Part shown: piece after piece, positions 26,467 to 35,295 of the stretch
How positions within the stretch are numbered: position 1 is the stretch's first letter
Layout: each line of letters starts with the position of its first letter
DNA from: Candidatus Aminicenantes bacterium
Lineage (GTDB): Bacteria > Acidobacteriota > Aminicenantia > JAMOAD01
Length of the DNA: 64,000 bases
Reading direction: 5' to 3'
Assembly (NCBI GenBank): GCA_027061995.1
Contig: JAMOUT010000100.1
Location: forward strand, 2,211 to 66,210
Notes under the pieces: model-generated
What the model was told of the DNA's origin: nothing
Seen by the model: only the letters and a program-made list of their open reading frames with translations
Databases searched by the model: none
Position numbers and translations under genes: made by a program

Positions 26467-26495
26467 TTGAAAAATGGGATGTTTTTTGATAAAAT
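26467..26495 (+). promoter_or_regulatory. Sigma70-like promoter (TTGAAA-N17 with TGn-TAAAAT) for the COG2403-like/arcC operon
   Basis: TTGAAA at 26467-72, a 17-nt spacer ending in TGA, and TAAAAT at 26490-95. AAGGAGG SD precedes the ATG at 26561. Confidence 0.4.
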
Positions 26496-26560
26496 CATTT
26501 CTAATTAATTGGTTTGGAAGATTATTATTTTTATTAAAAATAAAAAAGGAGGAGTTTATA

Positions 26561-27868
26561 ATGAAAAGAAAAGTCTTAATAATGGGAGCTGCTGGAAGAG
26601 ATTTCCACAACTTTAATGTTATGTTCAGAGACAATGAAAACTATGAAGTAGTTGCCTTTACGGCAACACAAATTCCTGACATCGAAGGAAGAGTTTATCC
26701 CGCCGAGTTAGCCGGAAAACTTTATCCCGAAGGAATCCCCATTTATGCGGAAGAAGATCTTGAAAAGATAATAAAGGAAAAAAGCGTTGATGATGTTGTG
26801 TTCGCTTACTCCGATGTTCCTCATGAATATGTTATGCATAAAGCGTCCATAGTTCATAAAGTTGGTAAGAACTTTTGGCTTCTCGGTCCCGACGCAACAA
26901 TGGTAAAAAGCACGAAACCCGTTGTTTCCGTTTGTGCGATAAGGACGGGTTGTGGTAAAAGTCAGACCTCCAGAGCGGTGGTAACTGCCCTTAGAGAAAA
27001 AGGGAGAAAAGTTGCCGTTATCAGACATCCTATGCCTTACGGTGATCTTGTTAAACAAAAAGTTCAAAGATTCGCTACTCTTGAAGATTTGGATAAATAT
27101 GAATGCACAATTGAGGAGAGGGAAGAGTATGAACCTCATATTATGAATGGTGCCGTTGTGTTTGCCGGTGTTGATTATGAAGCGATTGTAAGAGAAGCGG
27201 AGAAAGAGGCTGATGTTATTCTTTGGGACGGAGGAAATAATGATTTTCCTTTCTATAAATCGGATCTTGAGATTGTTGTTGTTGATCCTCACAGACCCGG
27301 CCATGAGCTTAAATATCATCCGGGTGAAACAAATTTCAGAAGAGCAAAAGTTATAGTTATAAATAAGATAGATACCGCTGATATGGAAAATATTAATATT
27401 GTTAGAAACCATATCAGAGAGATTAATCCTGAAGCAGTAGTTATTGATGCGGCTTCACCTCTTACGGTTGAAAACGGTGATATGATAAGGGGCAAAAAAG
27501 TATTAGTGGTTGAAGATGGTCCTACCTTAACACACGGTGAAATGAAATATGGTGCCGGTGTTATGGCGGCTTACAAATACGGAGCATCAGAGTTGGTTGA
27601 CCCCAAACCTTATGCGGTTGGGAGCATTGTCGCTACTTTCAATAAATATACTCATGTTGAGAATCTTTTACCCGCTATGGGATACGGAGATAAACAGATT
27701 AAAGAGCTTGAAGAGACAATTAATAATTCTCATGCTGAACTCGTAATAGTTGCGACTCCTATTGATCTCGGGAAACTCATTAATATAAAGATTCCTTCTG
27801 TTAGAGTAAAATATGACCTTGAAGAGATTGGAACACCCACGATTAAGGATGTATTAAAGGATTTTTGA
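26561..27868 (+). CDS. P-loop NTPase of the cyclic 2,3-diphosphoglycerate synthetase-like family (COG2403-type 'predicted GTPase')
   Basis: MKRKVLIMGAAGRDFHNFN N-terminus and Walker A-like IRTGCGKSQTS. Start set at the SD-preceded ATG; the 29 extra N-terminal residues in the track are unlikely to be real. Confidence 0.6.
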   Translation: MKRKVLIMGAAGRDFHNFNVMFRDNENYEVVAFTATQIPDIEGRVYPAELAGKLYPEGIPIYAEEDLEKIIKEKSVDDVVFAYSDVPHEYVMHKASIVHKVGKNFWLLGPDATMVKSTKPVVSVCAIRTGCGKSQTSRAVVTALREKGRKVAVIRHPMPYGDLVKQKVQRFATLEDLDKYECTIEEREEYEPHIMNGAVVFAGVDYEAIVREAEKEADVILWDGGNNDFPFYKSDLEIVVVDPHRPGHELKYHPGETNFRRAKVIVINKIDTADMENINIVRNHIREINPEAVVIDAASPLTVENGDMIRGKKVLVVEDGPTLTHGEMKYGAGVMAAYKYGASELVDPKPYAVGSIVATFNKYTHVENLLPAMGYGDKQIKELEETINNSHAELVIVATPIDLGKLINIKIPSVRVKYDLEEIGTPTIKDVLKDF

Positions 27869-27874
27869 TAATAA

Positions 27875-28825
27875 ATGGTTAAAAAGAAGGCTGTCATTGC
27901 ATTTGGAGGAAATGTTCTTTTGCCCCATACTCAAAAAGGGCTTCAAAAAGAGCAGGAAAATAATGCCAAATTAGCTGCAAAAGATATGGTAAATATTATA
28001 GAGAAAGGATATGAATTACTCATAGTTCACGGAAACGGACCTCAGGTAGGTAATATTCTAATACAGATGGAAGAAGCTTCTCGAAAGATTCCCCCTTTTA
28101 CCATAGATGTTTGTGATGCAATGACAGAGGGTAGCATGGGATATATGATAGAAAAAGCGCTTCTCAATGAATTAAGAAAACATTCTATTGATAAGGCTGT
28201 TGCAACCGTTATTACGCAAGTTATTGTTGACAAGGATGATTCCGCTTTTCATAATCCCACAAAACCCATAGGTCCTTTTTACAATGAATTCAGAGCAGGT
28301 GAACTAAAAAAAGATAAAAAATGGATAATGATTGAAGATGCGGGAAGGGGATGGCGAAGAGTCGTCCCCTCTCCGAAACCTATTGATATAGTTCCTAAAA
28401 TTGCAATAAGAAGATTGATAGATACCGGAACGATAGTTATTGTTGCCGGAGGGGGCGGTGTTCCCGTTATTATCAATCAAGATGGTTTAATAGAGGGTGT
28501 GGAAGCTGTAATAGACAAAGATTTTGCGTCTTCACTTATAGCAAGAGAGATCGAAGCTGATCTATTTATTATTTTAACGGGAGTGGATAGGGTTGCAATA
28601 AATTTCGGTAAACCAAATCAAAAAGAGATAAAAAGGATGAGCGTGAGTGAAGCTGAGAGATACCTGGAAGAGGGACAATTTCCTGCCGGATCAATGGGAC
28701 CTAAAATCAGAGCAGCTATTGAATTTATAAAGAACGGAGGAAAAGAGGTTTTAATAACAACTCCGGGTAAAATCAGAGGAGCCTTTGCAAAAAGGACGGG
28801 GACAATAATATATAAGGAAGGATGA
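27875..28825 (+). CDS. arcC: Carbamate kinase
   Basis: AVIAFGGNVLL..., VHGNGPQVG, GGGGVPV and MGPKIRAAIEF are canonical amino-acid-kinase/carbamate kinase motifs. Confidence 0.9.
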   Translation: MVKKKAVIAFGGNVLLPHTQKGLQKEQENNAKLAAKDMVNIIEKGYELLIVHGNGPQVGNILIQMEEASRKIPPFTIDVCDAMTEGSMGYMIEKALLNELRKHSIDKAVATVITQVIVDKDDSAFHNPTKPIGPFYNEFRAGELKKDKKWIMIEDAGRGWRRVVPSPKPIDIVPKIAIRRLIDTGTIVIVAGGGGVPVIINQDGLIEGVEAVIDKDFASSLIAREIEADLFIILTGVDRVAINFGKPNQKEIKRMSVSEAERYLEEGQFPAGSMGPKIRAAIEFIKNGGKEVLITTPGKIRGAFAKRTGTIIYKEG

Positions 28826-31137
28826 CTATGAAAAAGATGAGTATTGATTTGAATGTAAGTAAAAGTGAGTTTAAATTATTAAAAGATAAGTTAATAGAGA
28901 TTGGAGCTCCCCTCCATATAGAACAATTAGCAAGCTTGGTAGGTCTTGAGAAAACAAAAGATCAACGAAATCAAAAGATTAAAGTGTATGATAGTAAATA
29001 CAGTTATGATATAAATGATTTGATATATCATGATATTGACAGAAAATACAGGTTATCGAAAAACAAATATTTGGAATTTAAAGGGGGGGTTGTTTTAAGG
29101 GTTGTTAAGAAACAGTTTTCCCCTGCACTTGGTAAAGTTTTACTTGGACTTGATTATGAAGGGGAAGGTGAATTTAAAAAAATCATAAATTTTTTGAAAA
29201 AGAAAAAAACACTGATAGAGCTTGAAGCCGAAAAAGATGAAATAGGGGAAAAAGCCCCGTTTTATGAGGGAAAAGATCCGAGAGAAGAGGAACCCCCTCT
29301 CGCACATAAATATCTTGATAAAATCAGAGAAAACCTTGAAAAACAACTTGATAAATCTGGAGATTTTTTAACTTGGGGGGATTATTGGATTCATAAAAAA
29401 CAACTTATAAAAATAAAGGACAAAGAGATTGTGTCAATCATTCGCGAATTGGAAAAAAGAGAGGAATCAATAAAAACCGGAGAGATTAAAGAGAAAATAA
29501 TAAAAATCGATAATAGTAAATATCCCGAAGAACTCATCCTTTTTTCAATTAATTATCATCTTTCAATTCATCAAAGTTTTGTATGCGTGGATTATGATGA
29601 TTGGGGGAAATGGAATTTAAAAGAGTTTTTTGATAAGCTTAAAAAAGCGGAGCCTATTTTTACAAAAGCTTATAAATTGAAGAAATTCGAGATAAAAGAG
29701 AAAGAACTTGTTAAAAGCGTAAAAGATTTTATAAAAGAATATAAAAGAGAGAAAAAAACAAATCAAAACATGACCACTGTAACCCTTAGAGAACTTGCAA
29801 GCGGTGCTTTGAAAATTCATAAAAAACAGCTTAATATCATAGGGAATAAAAGAGAGATAGATATTATTGACGGAGAATCATCGGATAAATATAAAGTTTT
29901 TGTTTTTCCGTATGAAAAATATTTAATCGGATTGAAAAAATATTATAAAAGTAAAAATATTGTTCCCGGAACCATAATCAATCTTGAAGAAGAAAACGGG
30001 GAGCTTATCATAACGGCTGCCAAATCAAAAAGGCCGAGTAAAATTCCCCTTTTTGATTTTGATATAAAAACCTCTACTTTTATAGAAAAAAACGCAACTA
30101 CAGTTTATTATGAATTTTTTAACCATTTTAAACTTGATACCGGTGATCTTGAACGATTGTATGCTCTTTCAGAGGGGAAAGAACCCCTTTCCATATTAAG
30201 ACATATTTTCATTGATTTTAGCGAGAGTCTCGAAGGTTATAAAAAACTCCATTTTTTAAAAGCACTCCATCTTATGGATATTCTTGTTAAAATTGAAAAA
30301 GAGGAACTATTAAAATTACTTTTGGGAAATCGTGAATTTTTCAGATCGGAAGAGGAGATCGGATATTTTTATCTAAATGAAGAGCTAATGCGGGAAAAAG
30401 AGGTGGTTGAACAACAAAAGCAACTTGAAAAAGAATTAAAAGAGAAAAAGAAAAAATTTGAGAAAGAACTTATTAAGCATAGAAAAGAAGTGGCGGAAGA
30501 GAGGAAAGAGCAGAAATTACCCCACGAAGTCGATGTTATTGAAAAACAGTTTGAAAAAATACGAAACAGATTGGAAAAACTTGTGGGGAAAACTAATATA
30601 GTGGAAGATGTTACTTCAAGACCCGCTCCCAAGAAAATAGTGAAAGCCGAAGAGAAAAAAATAAAATCGGTTGATGAGAAGCCAGAGACAACGAAAGAGA
30701 TAAATCTTAAAAAGGAAAAGAAAGCCGAAGAAATTAAGTTGTCATCAGAGAAAAACAGGGAAGTAAAGCCAAAAACCACCGAAAGAATTTCAAAGACTGA
30801 GAAAGGGAAAAAGCCTCCGAAAACAGTTAAGAAAAAGATAGTTGAGAAAATGCCGATAGAGATAAAACCCTCTAAAAAGAAGAAATCAAAAACCATATCT
30901 GATAAACACAGTGTTCCTAAGAAAAAAAGTGCGCGAAGGATTCTTGAGGAAGAGCTTGAGATTAAAGAGGCGGAAAGAGAAGCACTCGAAGCTTTGAAAG
31001 AGGTTGTTGAAATTAAAGAGGAGAAAAAGAAAGTTGAAACAAAAGAGGAGGCAAAAGTTGTTTATAGTGATAAAAAAGAGAAAGGAACCGGCATTCTCGG
31101 AGAAAAATTAAGTGAGCTTTTAAAAAAGAAAAAATGA
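28822..31137 (+). CDS. Large hypothetical protein with a ~250-aa lysine/glutamate-rich C-terminal tail
   Basis: Long uninterrupted ORF whose start overlaps the arcC stop (ATGA). I recognise no catalytic motif. The C-terminal third is K/E/P low-complexity sequence. Confidence 0.55.
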   Translation: MTMKKMSIDLNVSKSEFKLLKDKLIEIGAPLHIEQLASLVGLEKTKDQRNQKIKVYDSKYSYDINDLIYHDIDRKYRLSKNKYLEFKGGVVLRVVKKQFSPALGKVLLGLDYEGEGEFKKIINFLKKKKTLIELEAEKDEIGEKAPFYEGKDPREEEPPLAHKYLDKIRENLEKQLDKSGDFLTWGDYWIHKKQLIKIKDKEIVSIIRELEKREESIKTGEIKEKIIKIDNSKYPEELILFSINYHLSIHQSFVCVDYDDWGKWNLKEFFDKLKKAEPIFTKAYKLKKFEIKEKELVKSVKDFIKEYKREKKTNQNMTTVTLRELASGALKIHKKQLNIIGNKREIDIIDGESSDKYKVFVFPYEKYLIGLKKYYKSKNIVPGTIINLEEENGELIITAAKSKRPSKIPLFDFDIKTSTFIEKNATTVYYEFFNHFKLDTGDLERLYALSEGKEPLSILRHIFIDFSESLEGYKKLHFLKALHLMDILVKIEKEELLKLLLGNREFFRSEEEIGYFYLNEELMREKEVVEQQKQLEKELKEKKKKFEKELIKHRKEVAEERKEQKLPHEVDVIEKQFEKIRNRLEKLVGKTNIVEDVTSRPAPKKIVKAEEKKIKSVDEKPETTKEINLKKEKKAEEIKLSSEKNREVKPKTTERISKTEKGKKPPKTVKKKIVEKMPIEIKPSKKKKSKTISDKHSVPKKKSARRILEEELEIKEAEREALEALKEVVEIKEEKKKVETKEEAKVVYSDKKEKGTGILGEKLSELLKKKK

Positions 31138-31250
31138 TTTTTAATATACTGGCATAAATTCAAAATCATTTAACAAATCTCTAAACTTTGGGAAAAACTT
31201 TTTTATCTTTACTTCGTATTAAACATATCTAAAAGATATCGGAGGTTAAG

Positions 31251-31997
31251 ATGAAAAAATTATTCATTTTTGTGTTGATTATTTTAATAGGGGGCTTTGT
31301 TTATTCGGAAACTCTTGAAAGTATTCTTAATAAGAATTATGAAACGAGAGGGGGGCTTGAAAAATTAAAATCAATTAAAACAATGTATTCCGAAGGTAAG
31401 ATGGTTAATTCTCAACAAAATGCTGAAATAAGCATGAAGATGTGGTTTAAAGTCCCTAATAAATTTAGGACTGCGGTTAATTTTATGGGTAAAAAGATTG
31501 TTCAAGCTTATGACGGGGAAAAAGCGTGGTGGATTATGTCTTTTATAAGCCCGAAACCGCAACTTATGCCTGAGAAACAAGCTAAGGATTTGAAAGATAT
31601 GCAAAGTTCTTTTCTACCTCTTGTTGATTATAAAAAAGAGGGGAATAAACTTGAACTTGTAGGAAAAACCGATGTTGACGGAACTGAAGCTTATAAGCTT
31701 AAAATGACTAAAAAGGATGGAAAAGTTATATATTTTTATCTTGATGCTGATAGTGGAATTGAACTTAAAACAGAAATGTTTATTAACAGAGGTGGTGAAG
31801 AATTAAAAGTAGAAACTATTTTCAGTGATTATAAACAAGTGGATGGAATATATTTCCCTTTTTATATTGAAACAAAATCCGCCGGAATGAATTCGGGGAA
31901 AATTACTCTGACAAAAATTGAGCTAAATAAACAGATGAATGATTCTCTGTTTACAATGCCCGAAGAACCGAAAGAAACTACAAAAATTAAGAAATAG
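31251..31997 (+). CDS. LolA-like outer-membrane lipoprotein-sorting-fold protein (secreted)
   Basis: GGAGG SD and signal peptide. The pattern (GG.EKLKSIKT....GKM........I.MW.K.PNKFR......GK.I.QAYDG..AW; DG.EAYKLK; DY..VDGI.FP) is typical of this family. Confidence 0.6.
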   Translation: MKKLFIFVLIILIGGFVYSETLESILNKNYETRGGLEKLKSIKTMYSEGKMVNSQQNAEISMKMWFKVPNKFRTAVNFMGKKIVQAYDGEKAWWIMSFISPKPQLMPEKQAKDLKDMQSSFLPLVDYKKEGNKLELVGKTDVDGTEAYKLKMTKKDGKVIYFYLDADSGIELKTEMFINRGGEELKVETIFSDYKQVDGIYFPFYIETKSAGMNSGKITLTKIELNKQMNDSLFTMPEEPKETTKIKK

Positions 31998-32005
31998 TTA
32001 ATATC

Positions 32006-35000
32006 ATGAAAAAAAGATATCTGACTATTTTATTTTTAGTTTTATTGGTTGTTTTTACTTATGGTTCAAGCAAAAAGATTGTTTTGAATTCATCAGCTTT
32101 TAACGGACTGAAAGCAAGAGAGATAGGGCCTGCCGTAATGGGAGGAAGAATCACCGCAATTGCGGGAGTAAACGGAAACCCCGATACTTTATATGTTGGA
32201 GCCGCCGGAGGCGGTCTTTGGAAAACACTTAACGGAGGAACTTCGTTTACCCCTGTTTTTGACGAATGGACTATGTCCATTGGTAGTATTGCCATTGATC
32301 AGAAAAACCCGAAAACAGTTTGGGTGGGAACAGGAGAAACAAACATGAGAAATACTGTTTCTATAGGGACGGGACTATATAAAACCGAGGATGGTGGCAG
32401 AATATGGCAAAAGATAAAAGGGTTTGAAAATTCCGAAAGAATAGCTAAGATTATTGTCCACCCTGGAAATTCAAAGATAGTTTATGTAGCTGTTGCAGGA
32501 CACCTTTGGAATGATTCCAAAGACAGAGGACTTTATAAGACGGCAGACGGAGGAAAAACATGGAAAAAAATCCTTTATGTTGACGAAAAAACAGGCTGTA
32601 TAGATATGGATATTGACCCTCAAAGACCTTCTGTTATTTATGCGGCAATGTGGCAATTCAGAAGAAAACCTTATTTTTTCACTTCGGGTGGAAAAGGGAG
32701 TAATCTTTACAGAAGTGAGGATGGGGGAAAAACTTGGAAGATGATAAGAAAAGGTCTTCCGAAGGGGGAATTGGGAAGAATCTCCATAACCATAGCTCCT
32801 TCAAGGCCGGGAACAATATATGCCAATGTAGAGGCAAGTAAAAAATCGGGTCTCTATGTATCTTATGATATGGGAGAAAATTGGAAATTCAAAAATGATT
32901 CAATGTTTATAACAATGAGGCCATTTTATTTTTCCCGTTTTGTGGTGGATCCAAAAAATTTCAGAAGACTATATTTTACGGGATTAATGCTTTCAACCTC
33001 GACAAACGGAGGTAAAACACTCTCTTTTCCCTTTTCTTTTAAAGGGGGAATACATCCTGACATACATGCGATTTGGATTAATCCCAATAATACAAAACAG
33101 GTTTTTGTAGGTTGCGACGGAGGAGTTTATCGCTCGAATAATTATGGAAAACAGTTTGAATTTTTATCAAACCTGCCCGTATCTCAGTTTTATCATGTTG
33201 ATTATGATCTTGAATCCCCTTATAATGTTTACGGAGGATTACAGGATAATGGTTCGTGGTATGGTCCTTCAAAAAGTTATAATAGAGGTATTCAAAATAA
33301 AGAATGGATAAATGTGGGAGGTGGAGACGGTTTTTATGTTATTCCTCATCCTAAAGATTCGGATATTATATATTATAGTTGGCAGGGTGGAGAATTTATG
33401 AGATACAATAGAAGGACAAAAGAAACAAAATCAATAAAACCTTTACCTACAAAAAAAGGGGAGCCAAAATACAGGTTTAATTGGAATGCGGGAATAGCTC
33501 TCAGCCCTGGTGATTCCGATACCATATACATAGGAGCTCAATTTCTGTTTAAATCAACAAACAGAGGGGATAAATGGGTTAAAATATCACCGGATTTAAC
33601 AACAAATAATCCCGAAAAATTGCAGCAGGCAAGATCGGGCGGTTTAACGAAAGATAATACAACCGCTGAAAATCACTGCTCAATAGTAACAATCTCGGAA
33701 TCTCCTTTAAATAAAAATCTCATATGGGTCGGAACTGATGACGGAAATCTGCAAATTACAAGAGACGGGGGTGAAAATTGGGAAAATGTGGTAAAGAATA
33801 TCAAAGGACTTCCCCCAAATACATGGTGTTCTTCGGTTGAAACAAGCCGTTTTTCCGAGGGTAGAGCTTATGTAACATTTGACGGACACAGAACGGGAGA
33901 TATGAATACTTTCGTTTATACAACCGATGATTACGGAAAAACATGGAAATTTTTAACAACAGACAGTATAAAAGGTTATAGTCATATTATTCGTGAAGAC
34001 TTAAAAAATAAAAATCTATTATTTCTCGGAACAGAGTTCGGACTTTATATCTCCATAGACAGAGGTGAAAATTGGGCGAAAGTTAAATCAGTTCCCAATG
34101 TTGGTGTTCGAGACATTAAAATTCACCCGAAAACAAATGATATAATACTTGCAACTCACGGAAGAGGTATTATGATTATTGATGATATCACTCCGTTAAG
34201 AGCCTTAAACAGTGATATTCTTAATGCTGCAGCTTTTGTTCTCCCCTCAAGGGTTTCATATATGAGCACACCCACATCTTTTCAGGAATTTCCCGGTGAC
34301 GGTGAATTTTTCGGACAAAATCCGCCCGAAGGAGCTATGATTACATATTATTTGAAAAAAAGACATATTTTCGGAACCCTGAAAATTCAGGTTTTGGATA
34401 AAAACGGTAAAATAATTCAGGAATTTCCCGGAACAAAATCCAAAGGGATAAACAGGATATATTGGGGGATGAGATTAAAAGCTCCCAAAGCGGGAAATGC
34501 CCCCGGATTATCTCCCATGATTTCTCAAGGCCCAATGGTTGCCGAAGGGGAATATACTATCAAACTTATCAAAAACAAAAAAACATTTGAAGGCAAAATT
34601 AAGCTTTTACCCGACCCGAAAGAAGCTCATACAAAAGAGGAAAGAGCCGTAAGACATAAGGCTGTCATGAAACTTTACGGTATGCTTGAAAACCTCGGAT
34701 TTATAGCTGATAATACCGGCTCTTTAATCAAACAGATAAAAGAGATAGAGAAAAAGAAAAAATATAAAAAACTTGCTCAATATAAAAAAGAGCTTACAGG
34801 TTTTCATAAAAGCATGGTTCAATACGGCGGATTAATGACAGAGCCTAAATTAAGAGGAGAAGTTTTAGGTTTATACAGCTCTATTATGATGTATGGAGGA
34901 AAACCGACGGATTCTCAGCTTCATAATATTGATGTCTTAAAATTCAAAATCGATAATGCTAAAAAAAGATATAAAATGCTAATGAATAAACTTAACTCAA

Positions 35001-35077
35001 TCAATAATTATTTGAAGAAAAAACATATAAAAGAGTTAAAGATAATGGAGATTAAAAAATATAAAGAGAAAAAATAG
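32006..35077 (+). CDS. Sortilin/VPS10-type BNR/Asp-box repeat beta-propeller protein
   Basis: Repeated Asp-box-like units (TxDGGxTW: KTEDGGRIWQ, KTADGGKTWK, RSEDGGKTWK, TTDDYGKTWK, ITRDGGENWE, SIDRGENWA). Signal peptide. 1023 aa. Confidence 0.75.
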   Translation: MKKRYLTILFLVLLVVFTYGSSKKIVLNSSAFNGLKAREIGPAVMGGRITAIAGVNGNPDTLYVGAAGGGLWKTLNGGTSFTPVFDEWTMSIGSIAIDQKNPKTVWVGTGETNMRNTVSIGTGLYKTEDGGRIWQKIKGFENSERIAKIIVHPGNSKIVYVAVAGHLWNDSKDRGLYKTADGGKTWKKILYVDEKTGCIDMDIDPQRPSVIYAAMWQFRRKPYFFTSGGKGSNLYRSEDGGKTWKMIRKGLPKGELGRISITIAPSRPGTIYANVEASKKSGLYVSYDMGENWKFKNDSMFITMRPFYFSRFVVDPKNFRRLYFTGLMLSTSTNGGKTLSFPFSFKGGIHPDIHAIWINPNNTKQVFVGCDGGVYRSNNYGKQFEFLSNLPVSQFYHVDYDLESPYNVYGGLQDNGSWYGPSKSYNRGIQNKEWINVGGGDGFYVIPHPKDSDIIYYSWQGGEFMRYNRRTKETKSIKPLPTKKGEPKYRFNWNAGIALSPGDSDTIYIGAQFLFKSTNRGDKWVKISPDLTTNNPEKLQQARSGGLTKDNTTAENHCSIVTISESPLNKNLIWVGTDDGNLQITRDGGENWENVVKNIKGLPPNTWCSSVETSRFSEGRAYVTFDGHRTGDMNTFVYTTDDYGKTWKFLTTDSIKGYSHIIREDLKNKNLLFLGTEFGLYISIDRGENWAKVKSVPNVGVRDIKIHPKTNDIILATHGRGIMIIDDITPLRALNSDILNAAAFVLPSRVSYMSTPTSFQEFPGDGEFFGQNPPEGAMITYYLKKRHIFGTLKIQVLDKNGKIIQEFPGTKSKGINRIYWGMRLKAPKAGNAPGLSPMISQGPMVAEGEYTIKLIKNKKTFEGKIKLLPDPKEAHTKEERAVRHKAVMKLYGMLENLGFIADNTGSLIKQIKEIEKKKKYKKLAQYKKELTGFHKSMVQYGGLMTEPKLRGEVLGLYSSIMMYGGKPTDSQLHNIDVLKFKIDNAKKRYKMLMNKLNSINNYLKKKHIKELKIMEIKKYKEKK

Positions 35078-35162
35078 ATAGAGTATAAGTATTGTTTAGT
35101 GTTTTAATAGTGGTTTTACTGATAATAATTAATATCTTTTTTTAATCCGGCGGTGGTTCGGA

Positions 35163-35191
35163 TTTACTTAATCTGCTATTTTTGATATAAT
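35163..35191 (+). promoter_or_regulatory. Promoter of the SRP RNA gene (TTTACT-N17 with TGn-TATAAT)
   Basis: TTTACT at 35163-68. Extended -10 TGATATAAT ends at 35191, 7-10 nt before the first G of the RNA. Confidence 0.5.
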
Positions 35192-35200
35192 TTTTTAAAT

Positions 35201-35285
35201 GGGGACTGGCAATACACGCTTACGAACCTCGTCAGGCCTGAGAAGGAGCAGCGATAAGTAAGAGGGTGTATGTGTCAGTATCCCC
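35201..35285 (+). ncRNA. ffs: Small (4.5S-type) bacterial signal recognition particle RNA
   Basis: GUCAGGCCUGAGAAGGAGCAGC matches the conserved domain IV (E. coli GUCAGGUCCGGAAGGAAGCAGC) with a GNRA (GAGA) tetraloop. The 5' GGGGACUGGCAAUACAC pairs with the 3' GUGUAUGUGUCAGUAUCCCC to close a long hairpin. It sits in the classic position upstream of dnaX. Confidence 0.85.
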
Positions 35286-35295
35286 TTAATAGAAA

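Noticed and set aside
26708-27412. 234-aa minus-strand ORF
   Set aside because: It is antisense to the well-supported COG2403-like CDS. The translation is low-complexity and N/F/I-rich with no motifs, so it is a shadow ORF.
30369-30896. 175-aa minus-strand ORF rich in F/S, and apparent repetitive DNA in the same region
   Set aside because: It is the antisense of the K/E-rich tail of the 771-aa protein (AAA/GAA codons read as TTT/TTC). The repetitiveness is coding low complexity, not a tandem repeat or CRISPR array.
35144-35164. Hairpin AATCCG-N9-CGGATT after the sortilin-like gene, considered as an intrinsic terminator
   Set aside because: It has only a 6-bp stem with a 9-nt loop. The T-run precedes rather than follows the stem on the plus strand, and only a weak T-rich tail follows it. 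Evidence is insufficient.
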